A stretch of 64,000 bases of DNA, taken from positions 10,930 to 74,929 of the forward strand of contig JBHPFX010000002.1 of assembly GCA_042570925.1 (NCBI GenBank), written 5' to 3'. A program made the translations under genes and the position numbers. Source of the DNA: Patescibacteria group bacterium (GTDB taxonomy: Bacteria; Patescibacteriota; Patescibacteriia; UBA10025). Positions 17,577 to 27,548 of the stretch are shown here, piece by piece (the first letter of the stretch is position 1; each line of letters starts with the position of its first letter). The notes below the pieces were generated by a model. The model was not told the origin of the DNA and searched no databases. It saw nothing but the letters and a program-made list of their open reading frames with translations.

Positions 17577-17997
17577 GAAAAGTACGCAACTTTCCGTTGA
17601 AGAAGTGAAACTTATCGCGCATAAACTTGCGAGACTGCATTTGACGTTCAATGAACCGATACCGGATTTCTCGACTCGGTTTCCGGGAAAGCTGGAAAGT
17701 TGTCTTGCTACGCCGTTTCAGAAGTATTCGAAGAAATCACTCTACCAGGGCCTCACGAAGAAAGCGGCTGTGATGTTTTATCTTATGGTCAAAAACCATC
17801 CTTTTCAAAACGGCAATAAACGGATTGCAATGACCAGCGTGTTTGTTTTACTGCATAAAAACGACAAGTGGCTGAAAGTTGATACAAAAGAGCTTTACAA
17901 TTTCGCCTTGTGGGTTGCGGAGAGCAATTCAAAATTGAAAGATGAAGTGATTGCGGCAACTGAGAAATTCTTGAATTCATACATTGTTGATTTGTAA
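17569..17997 (+). CDS. doc: Doc (death-on-curing) family toxin
   Basis: Doc-type Fic motif HPFQNGNKRIAM. 8-nt overlap with the antitoxin gene. Confidence 0.8.
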   Translation: MPRKSTQLSVEEVKLIAHKLARLHLTFNEPIPDFSTRFPGKLESCLATPFQKYSKKSLYQGLTKKAAVMFYLMVKNHPFQNGNKRIAMTSVFVLLHKNDKWLKVDTKELYNFALWVAESNSKLKDEVIAATEKFLNSYIVDL

Positions 17998-18140
17998 TAC
18001 TGACCATTTAAAAAAATATGATGAGCAGCTTGGCTATGAAATTATCATTGAGTGTGCTAATGTATGTCCGTGAAGAGCATAATTCGTGATACATGGCAGG
18101 GCATGGCACTTTGCCCGTATTCTTTAATTATCAAATATAC

Positions 18141-19448
18141 ATGACAAACGAACAACAATTAAATTTCCACGGACTCGGGATTGCCCCGAAACTGCTCCAA
18201 ATACTGGATCAAAATCGTTTTATGAAGCCGACGCCTATTCAGGCAAAAACAATTCCAATGGGAATCGAAGGGAAAGACCTGATAGGTATCGCGCAAACAG
18301 GTACGGGAAAGACGCTGGCATTTGGGATTCCTATGATGCAAAACATTGCGCGTCATAAAACACGGGGACTTGTAATTGTTCCAACACGCGAACTTGCTGC
18401 CCAAGTCGATGAGATGCTTATGCGTTTTGGCAGGTCACTTGGATTTAGAACCGCCGTCATCGTAGGAGGAGCGTCTGCGCCACAGCAGATTCGCGCGCTT
18501 AAAAATAAGCCGCACATCATCGTAGCGACACCGGGGAGGCTCATTGACCATCTTTCACATAATCAGGGACTCCTTCGGGAAATTGGCATACTTATTTTGG
18601 ATGAAGCTGACAGGATGCTTGATATGGGTTTTGCACCTCAGATAGAAAAGATTCTTGCTCGCACGCCCAAACAGCGTCAGACCCTGCTTTTTTCTGCGAC
18701 GATGCCGCAGTCAATCGTATCGATCGCGAGCCGGCACATGCACCTGCCGTTGCGTGTTGAAATCGCGAAATCCGGGACCACCGTCAAGGAAGTCGATCAG
18801 GAAGTGATTTTCCTTACTCAAAACAACAAGCAGACAATGCTGAAGATTCTCCTCGGAAGACACGCAGGTTCAATACTTGTTTTTACCCGGACGAAGTGGG
18901 GAGCTAAGAAGCTTGCCCGTTCGATCCGTTCTATGGGATTTACGGCAGCTGAAATACATTCAAACCTCAGTCTCGGTCAGCGCCGTCAGGCAATTTCGGG
19001 ATTTAAAAACGGCAAGCACCGGATTCTTGTCGCGACAGACATCGCAGCCCGTGGCATCGATGTGAACAACATTGAGATCGTCATTAATTACGATTTGCCG
19101 AGCACGCCTGATGATTATGTGCACCGCATCGGTCGTACGGCACGAGCCGGAAAAAAAGGAAAAGCAATTTCGTTTGCTACTCCTGATCAGCATCGTGATG
19201 TCAGGGATATCGAAAGACTTATTCGTACACAGCTTGTAGTTCAAAAAGAAGATTCACTGCCGAAGTCGGCTCCTCATCAAACACCTTATATTCAGCAGCG
19301 GCAGCATTCTCAAAACCGTTCGCAGCCATCCCATTACCGTAAACGACATTATAGTCATGGCTCAAGCTCAAACCGGTCTTATCAGTATCCAAAGAGAAAA
19401 CGTTCCCGGAACCGACCAGGCTCGAGTCAAAGACGACGAAATTTCTAA
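18141..19448 (+). CDS. DEAD-box ATP-dependent RNA helicase
   Basis: Q motif (F..LG...TPIQ), AQTGTGKT, PTRELA, DEAD, SAT, HRIGRTARAG. Basic, Ser/Arg-rich C-terminal tail. Confidence 0.9.
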   Translation: MTNEQQLNFHGLGIAPKLLQILDQNRFMKPTPIQAKTIPMGIEGKDLIGIAQTGTGKTLAFGIPMMQNIARHKTRGLVIVPTRELAAQVDEMLMRFGRSLGFRTAVIVGGASAPQQIRALKNKPHIIVATPGRLIDHLSHNQGLLREIGILILDEADRMLDMGFAPQIEKILARTPKQRQTLLFSATMPQSIVSIASRHMHLPLRVEIAKSGTTVKEVDQEVIFLTQNNKQTMLKILLGRHAGSILVFTRTKWGAKKLARSIRSMGFTAAEIHSNLSLGQRRQAISGFKNGKHRILVATDIAARGIDVNNIEIVINYDLPSTPDDYVHRIGRTARAGKKGKAISFATPDQHRDVRDIERLIRTQLVVQKEDSLPKSAPHQTPYIQQRQHSQNRSQPSHYRKRHYSHGSSSNRSYQYPKRKRSRNRPGSSQRRRNF

Positions 19449-19492
19449 AAAGTCCTCGTAAGTCTGATACGTATCGGCGTGTTTAGGTTTTT

Positions 19493-20341
19493 TTAGTTAC
19501 ACGCGACTCTACTCCCATCCAAATCTAAATTCATTTTGAGCCAGCTAAAATTCATACTGGCAGCCGTTTCACAGAACTCGTCAGTATCAAGATTGTATTC
19601 TACCCCAAGGACTGCCTTGTTATTCTGAATAAAAGGCAGTAATGTCTCGCATTCATCATATTCAAAACATTGTTCGTTTATCGCAAAATCAAAATAACCC
19701 ACCAGATCATCCACCTGATCCAAATCATTCTTCAACGCAATCGAAAGATTTCGTTTATGTGCTTCTGATGCGAGCCATTGATTGTAATTTCTTTGATCTT
19801 CGTATGTTAAATCAAATCCACTGTCATTTTGATATCCGTCAACATTATCGGGCTCCACGCCGTCGCATTTTTTTTGAACTGCTGTATCGAGACGCTGACG
19901 TATTGTTGACGCAAAATTTTCATAGTTAGAAATATCAAGCCATTTTTCATCCTGCCATCCGTCGAGCGTTTTTCCGATAACTTCATCAGGAAAGTCCGAC
20001 GCATCTTCACGAAATGATTCCCAGCTGCCCGCGGAAAAATAGCATATAACCTTACTGCCGTTACTGTGCAGTTGGTCGATCGTTGCTTGAGGAGTATTTA
20101 TGAGATCAATATCATAAAGCGCAACATCGTGTGTCGTATTGATAGCGCCGGATAATTGCCACTGCCATGTAATCCCTGGCTGCGGAATGTACCACGTTGC
20201 TTGTGTATTGATGTTCGTATTTGCATTGCTAGTATTAACATTTGTATTTGCTTCTTCAGATTCCTGCTGAGTCAGAATTATATAACCGATCACAAGCAAA
20301 ATGAACAGTATGATAAGGGAAATAAAAATTGTTTTTTTCAT
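19493..20341 (-). CDS. secreted GH114-like glycoside hydrolase (endo-alpha-1,4-polygalactosaminidase family)
   Basis: N-terminal TM/signal and an Asn/Thr-rich linker. WQWQLSG, ICYFSAGSWE, CDGVEPDNVDGY and ALKND are typical of the family. Confidence 0.6.
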   Translation of the reverse strand: MKKTIFISLIILFILLVIGYIILTQQESEEANTNVNTSNANTNINTQATWYIPQPGITWQWQLSGAINTTHDVALYDIDLINTPQATIDQLHSNGSKVICYFSAGSWESFREDASDFPDEVIGKTLDGWQDEKWLDISNYENFASTIRQRLDTAVQKKCDGVEPDNVDGYQNDSGFDLTYEDQRNYNQWLASEAHKRNLSIALKNDLDQVDDLVGYFDFAINEQCFEYDECETLLPFIQNNKAVLGVEYNLDTDEFCETAASMNFSWLKMNLDLDGSRVACN

Positions 20342-20477
20342 GTTTGTAGTATATCATTAATATATACATTTTGTATTAATTAAGATAGAATGTACTGAAT
20401 ATGTTTTCGTCACAAGACACTTCTCTATGTGAGGTGTTTTTGGTATACTAACAATAGTAAGAATTAACTCTCTACAT

Positions 20478-20813
20478 ATGATTGGCATGGAAAGAATGGG
20501 GTCAGCATTTAGGGAAATGATAAGTGGGAGAGGCAGTAAGAAAGAGCAAGAGCCGGAGGTTCATGTTGATGAACTTCATTCCCAATTTCTTAATGGAGCC
20601 ATTGGACAAAGAGAATTATTTGCCGCTTTGCCACCTGATAAAGTTGAAGAATTTATTCAACATCATAAGTCTGTAGCTTCAACCATAGATACTTCACAAA
20701 ATCGTCAGTTATTCTTCAGACTTAATCAGTTAAATAATCTCATCGATAAAGGCGGTTTTGAAAAAGGAGTCAATGGAGCACATGGTGTCAATGTTGTCGA
20801 ACGGTGGAATTAA
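20478..20813 (+). CDS. hypothetical protein
   Basis: 111-aa ORF with no recognised motif. Confidence 0.4.
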   Translation: MIGMERMGSAFREMISGRGSKKEQEPEVHVDELHSQFLNGAIGQRELFAALPPDKVEEFIQHHKSVASTIDTSQNRQLFFRLNQLNNLIDKGGFEKGVNGAHGVNVVERWN

Positions 20814-20841
20814 TATTAACCTTATAATTAATTAAAAATAT

Positions 20842-20964
20842 ATGAATGATATTTATTCAGTTCTCGGCTGGGGGTCGCCAATCGGCATCGGGCTCTTTCT
20901 CGTTCTTCTGGCAGGTTTTATCTACATCTTGTCAAAGATAAAGGACGATAAGAAGGATAAATAA
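20842..20964 (+). CDS. possible 40-aa single-pass membrane peptide
   Basis: MNDIYSVLGWGSPIGIGLFLVLLAGFIYILSKIKDDKKDK. Below the ORF-track size cut-off; fills an otherwise empty gap. Confidence 0.35.
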   Translation: MNDIYSVLGWGSPIGIGLFLVLLAGFIYILSKIKDDKKDK

Positions 20965-20984
20965 TCCACACAGAAATTCAAAGT

Positions 20985-21191
20985 ATGAAACATCTACCGG
21001 GATTCGTACCAGTTCAATTTAGGGTAGTAGGAGTGATACTATTAGTTATTGGGATTATTTTACTTGCACTGCTGGGCGTTGACTATGTTGCAGAATGGGA
21101 TCTTTTTCCTAATGAGATTCTGTATGTCGGTATCGGATTATTAATTATTGGACTGTATATACGATTAGCCGCTCAAAAAGAGAAAGTATAG
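20985..21191 (+). CDS. small two-helix membrane protein
   Basis: Two hydrophobic segments in 68 aa. Confidence 0.45.
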   Translation: MKHLPGFVPVQFRVVGVILLVIGIILLALLGVDYVAEWDLFPNEILYVGIGLLIIGLYIRLAAQKEKV

Positions 21192-21280
21192 TAATCGCGC
21201 AGTGTCCTTACGCTATAAAGTCAGGCCTCGTGAAAAAGCACTCAGCGCGTTTGAGTGTTTTTTGATATAATGAATTTAAT

Positions 21281-22003
21281 ATGAAAAATCAAAAGAGCGA
21301 CGAAAAAAAACAGGATATCATGAGAGAATATTATAATTCTTCAGAATACTACGAGGATGAGGATTTTTTACATTCTAAAAAACCCTCACCATTTCTCCAG
21401 CACATGATTAATAATGTTATGAGTATTTATCGTCCCGAAAAAAGAGAACGCATACTCGATCTGGGTTGCGGGTGGGGAAACATATCACTCACTCTCCAGA
21501 AAGAAGGACACAACGTGACCGGTCTAGACTACTCAACAAAATCAATAGACATGTGCAGAAAGAGTGCCCGTACCCTTGGACTTGATGATAAGAAATTCGT
21601 TTGCAGAGACGCAGTACATACAGAATTCGATAATGCGTCTTTTGATGTCGTGTACTGTGCTGATCTAGTGGAACATTTATATCCAGATGTGTATCTAGAC
21701 ATGTTGAAGGAAGTGCAGCGAATTCTCAAACCAGATGGAAAATTTGTTATATATACCCCGAATCCCTCACATATAATTGAATTCATGAGAAGTCATAATA
21801 TTATTCTCAAGCAGTATCACAGCCATGTGGATCTCAAAAGTATGGAGCAGTTGAAACAATCACTCCAAAATAACCACTTCACTGTTAAGAAGGCGTTTTA
21901 CATGGAATCTCATTTACCGGTAATTAGTTTGATTGAAAAACTTCTTCAGTCTTTTATTCCGCTATTCAGGAGAAGAAATGCCGTATTGGCAGTAAAAAAT
22001 TAA
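21281..22003 (+). CDS. class I SAM-dependent methyltransferase
   Basis: Motif I ILDLGCGWGNISL, acidic loop, post-I and post-II motifs. Confidence 0.75.
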   Translation: MKNQKSDEKKQDIMREYYNSSEYYEDEDFLHSKKPSPFLQHMINNVMSIYRPEKRERILDLGCGWGNISLTLQKEGHNVTGLDYSTKSIDMCRKSARTLGLDDKKFVCRDAVHTEFDNASFDVVYCADLVEHLYPDVYLDMLKEVQRILKPDGKFVIYTPNPSHIIEFMRSHNIILKQYHSHVDLKSMEQLKQSLQNNHFTVKKAFYMESHLPVISLIEKLLQSFIPLFRRRNAVLAVKN

Positions 22004-22024
22004 ATCTGCGACTAAGAAGAATAT

Positions 22025-22711
22025 ATGAGAGAACGATTTATTCCGGAAACCACCGAGAGAGAAAAAAAGAAAAATATCTTCGAAGATCCTGAATGGAGAA
22101 AGTTTAGGGCCGACTATTTGCTTAAATCATTAGGTCTGGAATATGAAGATTTGCGAGATAAGCAAGTGCTTGATGTGGGCGCTGGTCCACGTTTTGTAGA
22201 GCGAGAAGCTGACAAACGGGATATACGCGTTCATTCGTTAGATCGATCAAGGGAAGCAATTATGTTTCCTCCGAAGTTAGAAGGAGGTATTGTGGCTGAT
22301 GCCGAAGCTCTTCCGATAAAGGAAAAGTCAATTGATGTGGTGATTTCTGCAGGGGCTGCGCCACCATTTTCCAGAAGCGAAAAAGAAACCATTGCATATA
22401 TGAATGAAATTGAAAGAACTCTGTCTGATGAAGGAGAGGCACGAATTGCCGCAAAACCTTATCCTTTCATTGCAGAAAAAATAATTCCTGAAAGGTTACA
22501 TGGACCCGTGAAGTTTCTTAGTGTTGAAGAAAGAGATGAACTCGAGACATTAAAGCAAAAAGCACAACAGGAGAGTTTTGAATTTTTACAAAATGAGGGT
22601 TATCATATTGAAAGTCAACAAGCTGAGTTTACTATGAGTGATCCAACTCAAAAGAAGGAGCAGGATTATTCAAAGGAATATTGGATTCTTAGAAAGCGTA
22701 AAAAAAAGTAA
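22025..22711 (+). CDS. putative SAM-dependent methyltransferase
   Basis: VLDVGAGPRF glycine-rich motif and DVVIS motif. Confidence 0.5.
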   Translation: MRERFIPETTEREKKKNIFEDPEWRKFRADYLLKSLGLEYEDLRDKQVLDVGAGPRFVEREADKRDIRVHSLDRSREAIMFPPKLEGGIVADAEALPIKEKSIDVVISAGAAPPFSRSEKETIAYMNEIERTLSDEGEARIAAKPYPFIAEKIIPERLHGPVKFLSVEERDELETLKQKAQQESFEFLQNEGYHIESQQAEFTMSDPTQKKEQDYSKEYWILRKRKKK

Positions 22712-23310
22712 TGAATATCTCATCTATCTTTGGATTTCTTGCAGGTATTACCGCGTTGGTAGCGTACGGACTTTATTTTAAGCAGGCATTTAAAAATCAA
22801 TCCACGCCAAATCCAGCAACATGGTCGATCTGGTTTTTTATCGGCATTATTAATACCGTAACATTTTTTTCTGTCACGAATAATAATATCTGGCAAAGCT
22901 TTATTGTTATCGCCGTGACGTTTTCACTTTTTATCGTTGTTCTCTATGCTTTTTTAAGAGGTAAATTTTCGAAAATAACCAAAATTGAGATAGTAGTTTT
23001 TGTTCTCGCTCTTGCGATCGGTATTTTCTGGCAAATTACTTCTAATGACAGAATGTCAAACTTACTCCTGCAGGGCATATATGTTATTTCGTACATTCCA
23101 ACAGTTACAGGAATTATTACTGGTCGGGTTAAGGAGCATCAAGCAGCTTGGGCCACAGTTGTTATAGCATATTCATTTTCCACATTAGCACTAGTTTTTG
23201 GAACTCAAATTGATTGGGTCGCGTTTGTACATCCAATAGTCAATGGTTTATTGGGCAACGGTGTCATTGTTGCGCTGATACTACTAAAAAAATCAGGAAA
23301 GATTAAGTAG
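22711..23310 (+). CDS. polytopic membrane protein
   Basis: Six or seven hydrophobic helices. The start overlaps the upstream stop (TAATG). Confidence 0.5.
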   Translation: MNISSIFGFLAGITALVAYGLYFKQAFKNQSTPNPATWSIWFFIGIINTVTFFSVTNNNIWQSFIVIAVTFSLFIVVLYAFLRGKFSKITKIEIVVFVLALAIGIFWQITSNDRMSNLLLQGIYVISYIPTVTGIITGRVKEHQAAWATVVIAYSFSTLALVFGTQIDWVAFVHPIVNGLLGNGVIVALILLKKSGKIK

Positions 23311-23333
23311 TGATTATTTGATATACTGAATAT

Positions 23334-23876
23334 ATGGACATGAAAAAAATTGGATATAACCATGGAAGATTCCAGCCATTGCATAATGGACATTTTAATA
23401 CATTTTTAAAGATATTAAAGAAATATGATGAACTTTGGGTTGGAATAGCAAATCCACTTCGTAATATTCCGCCAAATATGGAGAAGCTGAGTGATGATTT
23501 ACGAGAAAGTTTGGAGCGAGCACGGGACCCTAAGAATAATCCTTATTCGTTTATTGAGAGATATGAAATGATACGTAATGCTTTGTTTGAACATGGAGTT
23601 GATATGAACCGCGTGCATATCCTGCCGCACTTTGGATTTTATGAGGCTGAAAATTGGAAGGAGTTTATTCCTAAAGGTGCAACGATCGTGTTATCCGCAA
23701 AAGATTATCATCATTATTCAAAAATTAAGATATATAAGGATATGGGATGGGAGGTTGACTTTGTTGAACCACTGCCGGGAGTTTCCGGTAGCATTCTTGA
23801 TAAAGAATGGCCAAACGGAACATGGCGTGAATTAGTTCCAAAAGGTGCATGGAAAATATTGGAAAGTCATAAGTAG
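23334..23876 (+). CDS. cytidylyltransferase-fold nucleotidyltransferase (NMN adenylyltransferase-like)
   Basis: GRFQPLHNGHF contains the HxGH motif. Confidence 0.6.
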   Translation: MDMKKIGYNHGRFQPLHNGHFNTFLKILKKYDELWVGIANPLRNIPPNMEKLSDDLRESLERARDPKNNPYSFIERYEMIRNALFEHGVDMNRVHILPHFGFYEAENWKEFIPKGATIVLSAKDYHHYSKIKIYKDMGWEVDFVEPLPGVSGSILDKEWPNGTWRELVPKGAWKILESHK

Positions 23877-23884
23877 TATTTATC

Positions 23885-24079
23885 ATGAACGGCCAACGCC
23901 GAGAAAATATCTATCCGGGATTGCTCGTCGCAATCATCCAAAAAGCTGATCAACGCTCTGGAGAATTAACTGAGGGAATCGTTCAGGACATTCTCACAAA
24001 TTCGCCTTCGCATCCACACGGAATTAAAGTGAGGCTGGAAACGGGAGAAGTGGGGAGAGTGCAGGAAATTGCGGAGTAG
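23885..24079 (+). CDS. YwbE-family small protein (DUF2196)
   Basis: QKADQRSGELTEGIVQDILTNSPSHPHGIKVRLETGEVGRV. Confidence 0.6.
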   Translation: MNGQRRENIYPGLLVAIIQKADQRSGELTEGIVQDILTNSPSHPHGIKVRLETGEVGRVQEIAE

Positions 24080-24210
24080 ATAAGTTTTTTGTATGATGCA
24101 AATGGGGCAAATCACTTTTGCCGTGTTTCTTCGGGATCCTTCCTCTTCGCTTCATTCCCCTAGGAACTGATGTCAGAGTCAGGATGGTTTGGTAAATTTA
24201 AGCAAAAAAT

Positions 24211-24507
24211 ATGAATGACAAGCAGTATTTTGTCTATATTTTAACGAACAAACGGCATACAGTTTTGTATGTCGGCTTTACGAGTGATTTGATCGGTAGA
24301 ATTGAGAATCATAAGTGTAAAATTGTAAAGGGATTCACTAATAAATATAATATTAATAAACTGGTGTATTTCGAGGTTATTGAAGATTATAATACCGCTC
24401 TAGCGAGGGAAAAGCAGATTAAAAATTGGCATCGTGAGTGGAAATGGGGTCTTGTTAAGAAGAAAAATCCTGATCTAAAAGATCTGACAAAAATAATAAA
24501 TTCATAA
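24211..24507 (+). CDS. GIY-YIG nuclease superfamily protein
   Basis: YFVYILTN...LYVGFTSDL..R...H and REKQIKNWHREWK. Confidence 0.8.
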   Translation: MNDKQYFVYILTNKRHTVLYVGFTSDLIGRIENHKCKIVKGFTNKYNINKLVYFEVIEDYNTALAREKQIKNWHREWKWGLVKKKNPDLKDLTKIINS

Positions 24508-24544
24508 AAAATAATACCATGCTGAACTTGATTCAGCATCCCGA

Positions 24545-24660
24545 AGTAAATCAACGGGACTCCGGATCAAGCCCGGAGTGGTGTTATATGAGGAATCCTG
24601 GGGTTATATGCTAATTGCAGTAAATCAACGGGACCCTTCGCTACGCTCAGGGTGGTGTGG
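24545..24660. repeat. two tandem units of AGTAAATCAACGGGA + hairpin + TGGTGT
   Basis: Unit 1 starts at 24545 with hairpin CTCCGG/CCGGAG. Unit 2 starts at 24619 with hairpin ACCCT/AGGGT. GTTATATG is also duplicated (24584 and 24603). Confidence 0.65.
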
Positions 24661-25839
24661 TTGTGGTTTAATGTCTTTCAGAAACAGATAAAAAATCGGT
24701 ACGATAAAGAGTAGGACACCGAATAATTTAAATGCCGCATTTATATCATACAGATCTGCAAAATACCCAAGAAAGGGAGAGGCGAGTGTAATCCCGAGCA
24801 TACTGACGGAACTGTCAATTGAGATAAGTGTTGCCCGTTTACTGGAGTCAATACTCTCATTCAGCCAATAATTAATAGTCGTGTGCCGTAAGCCGAATAA
24901 TATTGTTGGGATTACTATTAGGATTCCCGCAGTCATACTTTGTGTAAATGTTGCAAGCAATATAAATACTGGTACGCCAAATCCTGCGAGAAGGAGGATA
25001 TTTTTGTTTCCGATATTTTTTGCAAGTAAGTATGCACTATATTCACCAATTGCCATAAGTGCTGTCATTCCAGCAACAAGATACCCGATAGACACAACCG
25101 ATATTGTTTTAAATTCGAAAAAAATTGGTGTAAGCTGCAACAATCCTTCACCGAATGCAAAAACCGTAAAACCTGAAATGATAATGAGGAGAATTTGTTT
25201 CTGTGAAATTACACGATTGAGCGTAGAGCGCATTTGCTGAAATACGTTTGAATGTTTCTCCTTATCATATTCTGGCTCAATAAAAAAGAGCGTCACAACG
25301 AGGGCAATGGTTAAGGGGATAAATGTCATTAGAATTGGAAGCCTAAATGAGGATTCCGCCATATATCCTCCCGCGATTGACCCAATCGTTGCGCCTACTG
25401 CCCAAAGAGCATAATACGTACCGATTGTTTTTTGATATATTTTTTCTCTACCCAGCTGCTTCAACGTGTCATAGAGCAATGCACTATCGGCACCTCGCAC
25501 AAGACTTGAGGCGATCGCCAGTATAACTGCAAAAAGAATAAACATCAGCATACTCCCTCCAATAGCCAGAAACACAAGAGCGATAATACCCACGAAGTTT
25601 CCAAGTACGACCGTTTTCTTTCTTCCAAAAAGATCAGCTATTGCTCCTGCCGGGATTTGGAAGAGAACTGATACGATACCCTCGGTTGCATAAATAATTG
25701 CCACATTTGTCAGTGAAAAAAGTGTGCTCTCATAATAGAGAGCGACGATAGGCAAAAAGAACAGCATGCCACCGATGATGGATGAGGTGTATAAAAGCGG
25801 GATATTGCGCGAAAGCTGTTTTGTTTGTGTGGATAGCAT
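24625..25839 (-). CDS. MFS transporter
   Basis: About 12 TM helices and DLFGRKK loop motif. The last codons (HHPERSEGSR) are read from the repeat element. Confidence 0.8.
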   Translation of the reverse strand: MLSTQTKQLSRNIPLLYTSSIIGGMLFFLPIVALYYESTLFSLTNVAIIYATEGIVSVLFQIPAGAIADLFGRKKTVVLGNFVGIIALVFLAIGGSMLMFILFAVILAIASSLVRGADSALLYDTLKQLGREKIYQKTIGTYYALWAVGATIGSIAGGYMAESSFRLPILMTFIPLTIALVVTLFFIEPEYDKEKHSNVFQQMRSTLNRVISQKQILLIIISGFTVFAFGEGLLQLTPIFFEFKTISVVSIGYLVAGMTALMAIGEYSAYLLAKNIGNKNILLLAGFGVPVFILLATFTQSMTAGILIVIPTILFGLRHTTINYWLNESIDSSKRATLISIDSSVSMLGITLASPFLGYFADLYDINAAFKLFGVLLFIVPIFYLFLKDIKPQPHHPERSEGSR

Positions 25840-25915
25840 AAAAACGATCGTTTACATATATGTATGTAGATGTATGGTAAGGCATGAGTAGTTATTAATC
25901 AAGAAATTTGGTAAA

Positions 25916-26629
25916 ATGGGTGATATGAAAAGATCTCTTAGCCAACTGAAGAAAGATTTTTTGAAGCTGGCAAACCCAAAACAGGCAAAATTATTGCAGG
26001 GTTTTTTCAAAACTGGTAAAGGGGAGTATGGCGAGGGGGATGTGTTTCTGGGAATAAAAGTGCCAGTCCAGCGCACGCTGGTTATAAAGTATCGCGATCT
26101 TCCTCGCAAAGATGTTTTAAGCTTGCTTCAAAGTAAGATTCACGAACATCGTTTGACGGCAGTACTCATTCTCGTCGATCAGTTCAAAAGAGCTGATGAA
26201 AAGGATCGGAAGGTTATTTACCGACAATATCTCAAGAATGCAAAAAAGGTGAATAACTGGGATTTAGTGGATTTATCAGCTCCGAACATTGTCGGTACGT
26301 TTCTACTACACAAACCAAGAACGATTCTCTATAAGCTTGCGAAATCAAATAATCTCTGGGAACGCCGTATTGCCGTACTGGCCACGTTTATGTTTATTCG
26401 AAATAATGATTTTACCGATGCGTTAAAAATTACAGATGTTCTTTTGAATGATAAGCATGATTTGATACACAAAGCGGTTGGGTGGATGCTCCGGGAAGTT
26501 GGTAAACGAAATCAGAAAGTTGAGGAGCAGTTTTTGAAGAAGCATTATAAAAAAATGCCCCGAACGATGCTCAGGTACGCGATTGAGAAGTTTCCAGAAG
26601 GGAAGCGAAAAGGATATTTGCTCAAATAA
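25916..26629 (+). CDS. DNA alkylation repair protein (AlkD-like HEAT repeats)
   Basis: [24 protein letters not shown] and [11 protein letters not shown] are typical of the family. Confidence 0.65.
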   Translation: MGDMKRSLSQLKKDFLKLANPKQAKLLQGFFKTGKGEYGEGDVFLGIKVPVQRTLVIKYRDLPRKDVLSLLQSKIHEHRLTAVLILVDQFKRADEKDRKVIYRQYLKNAKKVNNWDLVDLSAPNIVGTFLLHKPRTILYKLAKSNNLWERRIAVLATFMFIRNNDFTDALKITDVLLNDKHDLIHKAVGWMLREVGKRNQKVEEQFLKKHYKKMPRTMLRYAIEKFPEGKRKGYLLK

Positions 26630-26674
26630 GCTGCTGTTTGATTATTATATAATTTTTTGCTATACTTGATTACT

Positions 26675-27544
26675 ATGAATGTGATCGAGGTTAAAAACTT
26701 TAAGAAATACTTCGGAAAGACAAAAGCCGTTGATGACATTTCCTTTTCCGTGCAGAAGGGAGAGATCTTTGGCTTTCTTGGACCTAATGGAGCAGGGAAA
26801 ACTACCACTATTCGTAGCATGATGGATTTTATTCGACCAACTGGTGGACATATCACAATACTGGGAAAAGATGCACAGAAGGACAGTGTCGAATTAAAGC
26901 GGAGGATAGGGTATTTATCGGGCGAATTACGGTTATATAAAAAATGGACTGGTCATGATCATATTAATTTTGTAAAAAACATACATGGTGGAGAAGTTGT
27001 TGCAAAAGAAATTTCAGAACGTTTTGACTTCGATCCAAGTCTTAAGGTGAAATCGTTATCTTCTGGAAACCGCCAGAAGCTGGGTATCGTCATGGCATTT
27101 ATGACTCAGCCGGAGCTTTTAATAATGGATGAGCCGACTAATGCGCTTGATCCGCTGTTACAGAACGAAATGTATGAATTGATAGAGGAGGTAACACGGC
27201 AGGGCACCACAGTCTTTATGTCCTCACATAATTTAGCTGAAGTTGACCGTGTATGCAGCCGAGTAGCAATTATTAAGCAGGGAAAAATTGTAGCAACGGA
27301 AAGCATCAAGAATTTAAAGGAAAAAAGACTGTATACCATCACTGCTTACTTCAAGGATGCATTTAATAAAAATGATTTTGTGTTTGATGGAGTCAATATA
27401 AAGAAAGAAATTTCGGGTGGATTAATCCTAAGCGCAAAAGGTGATATTAACCCATTGGTAATGAAGCTGGGACAGCATACACTTCGTGACTTGAGGATAG
27501 AACACGCGTCATTGGAAGATATATTTTTAGAATTTTACGAATAA
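26675..27544 (+). CDS. ABC transporter ATP-binding protein (ABC-2 type)
   Basis: GPNGAGKTTT, LSSGNRQKLGI, LIMDEPTNALD, SSHNL. TATACT at 26661-26666 lies 8 nt upstream of ATG 26675. Confidence 0.9.
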   Translation: MNVIEVKNFKKYFGKTKAVDDISFSVQKGEIFGFLGPNGAGKTTTIRSMMDFIRPTGGHITILGKDAQKDSVELKRRIGYLSGELRLYKKWTGHDHINFVKNIHGGEVVAKEISERFDFDPSLKVKSLSSGNRQKLGIVMAFMTQPELLIMDEPTNALDPLLQNEMYELIEEVTRQGTTVFMSSHNLAEVDRVCSRVAIIKQGKIVATESIKNLKEKRLYTITAYFKDAFNKNDFVFDGVNIKKEISGGLILSAKGDINPLVMKLGQHTLRDLRIEHASLEDIFLEFYE

Positions 27545-27548
27545 AAAT

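Noticed and set aside
10986-19244. Antisense and out-of-frame ORFs inside long genes, for example 10986-11363, 12626-12977, 13088-13390, 15301-15984, 16812-17051, 18159-18544 and 18960-19244. The same applies to similar ORFs inside the RND, hydrogenase, MFS, ABC and 54964-62332 genes.
   Set aside because: They lie entirely within well-supported genes on the other strand or frame, lack motifs and show the biased composition typical of shadow ORFs.
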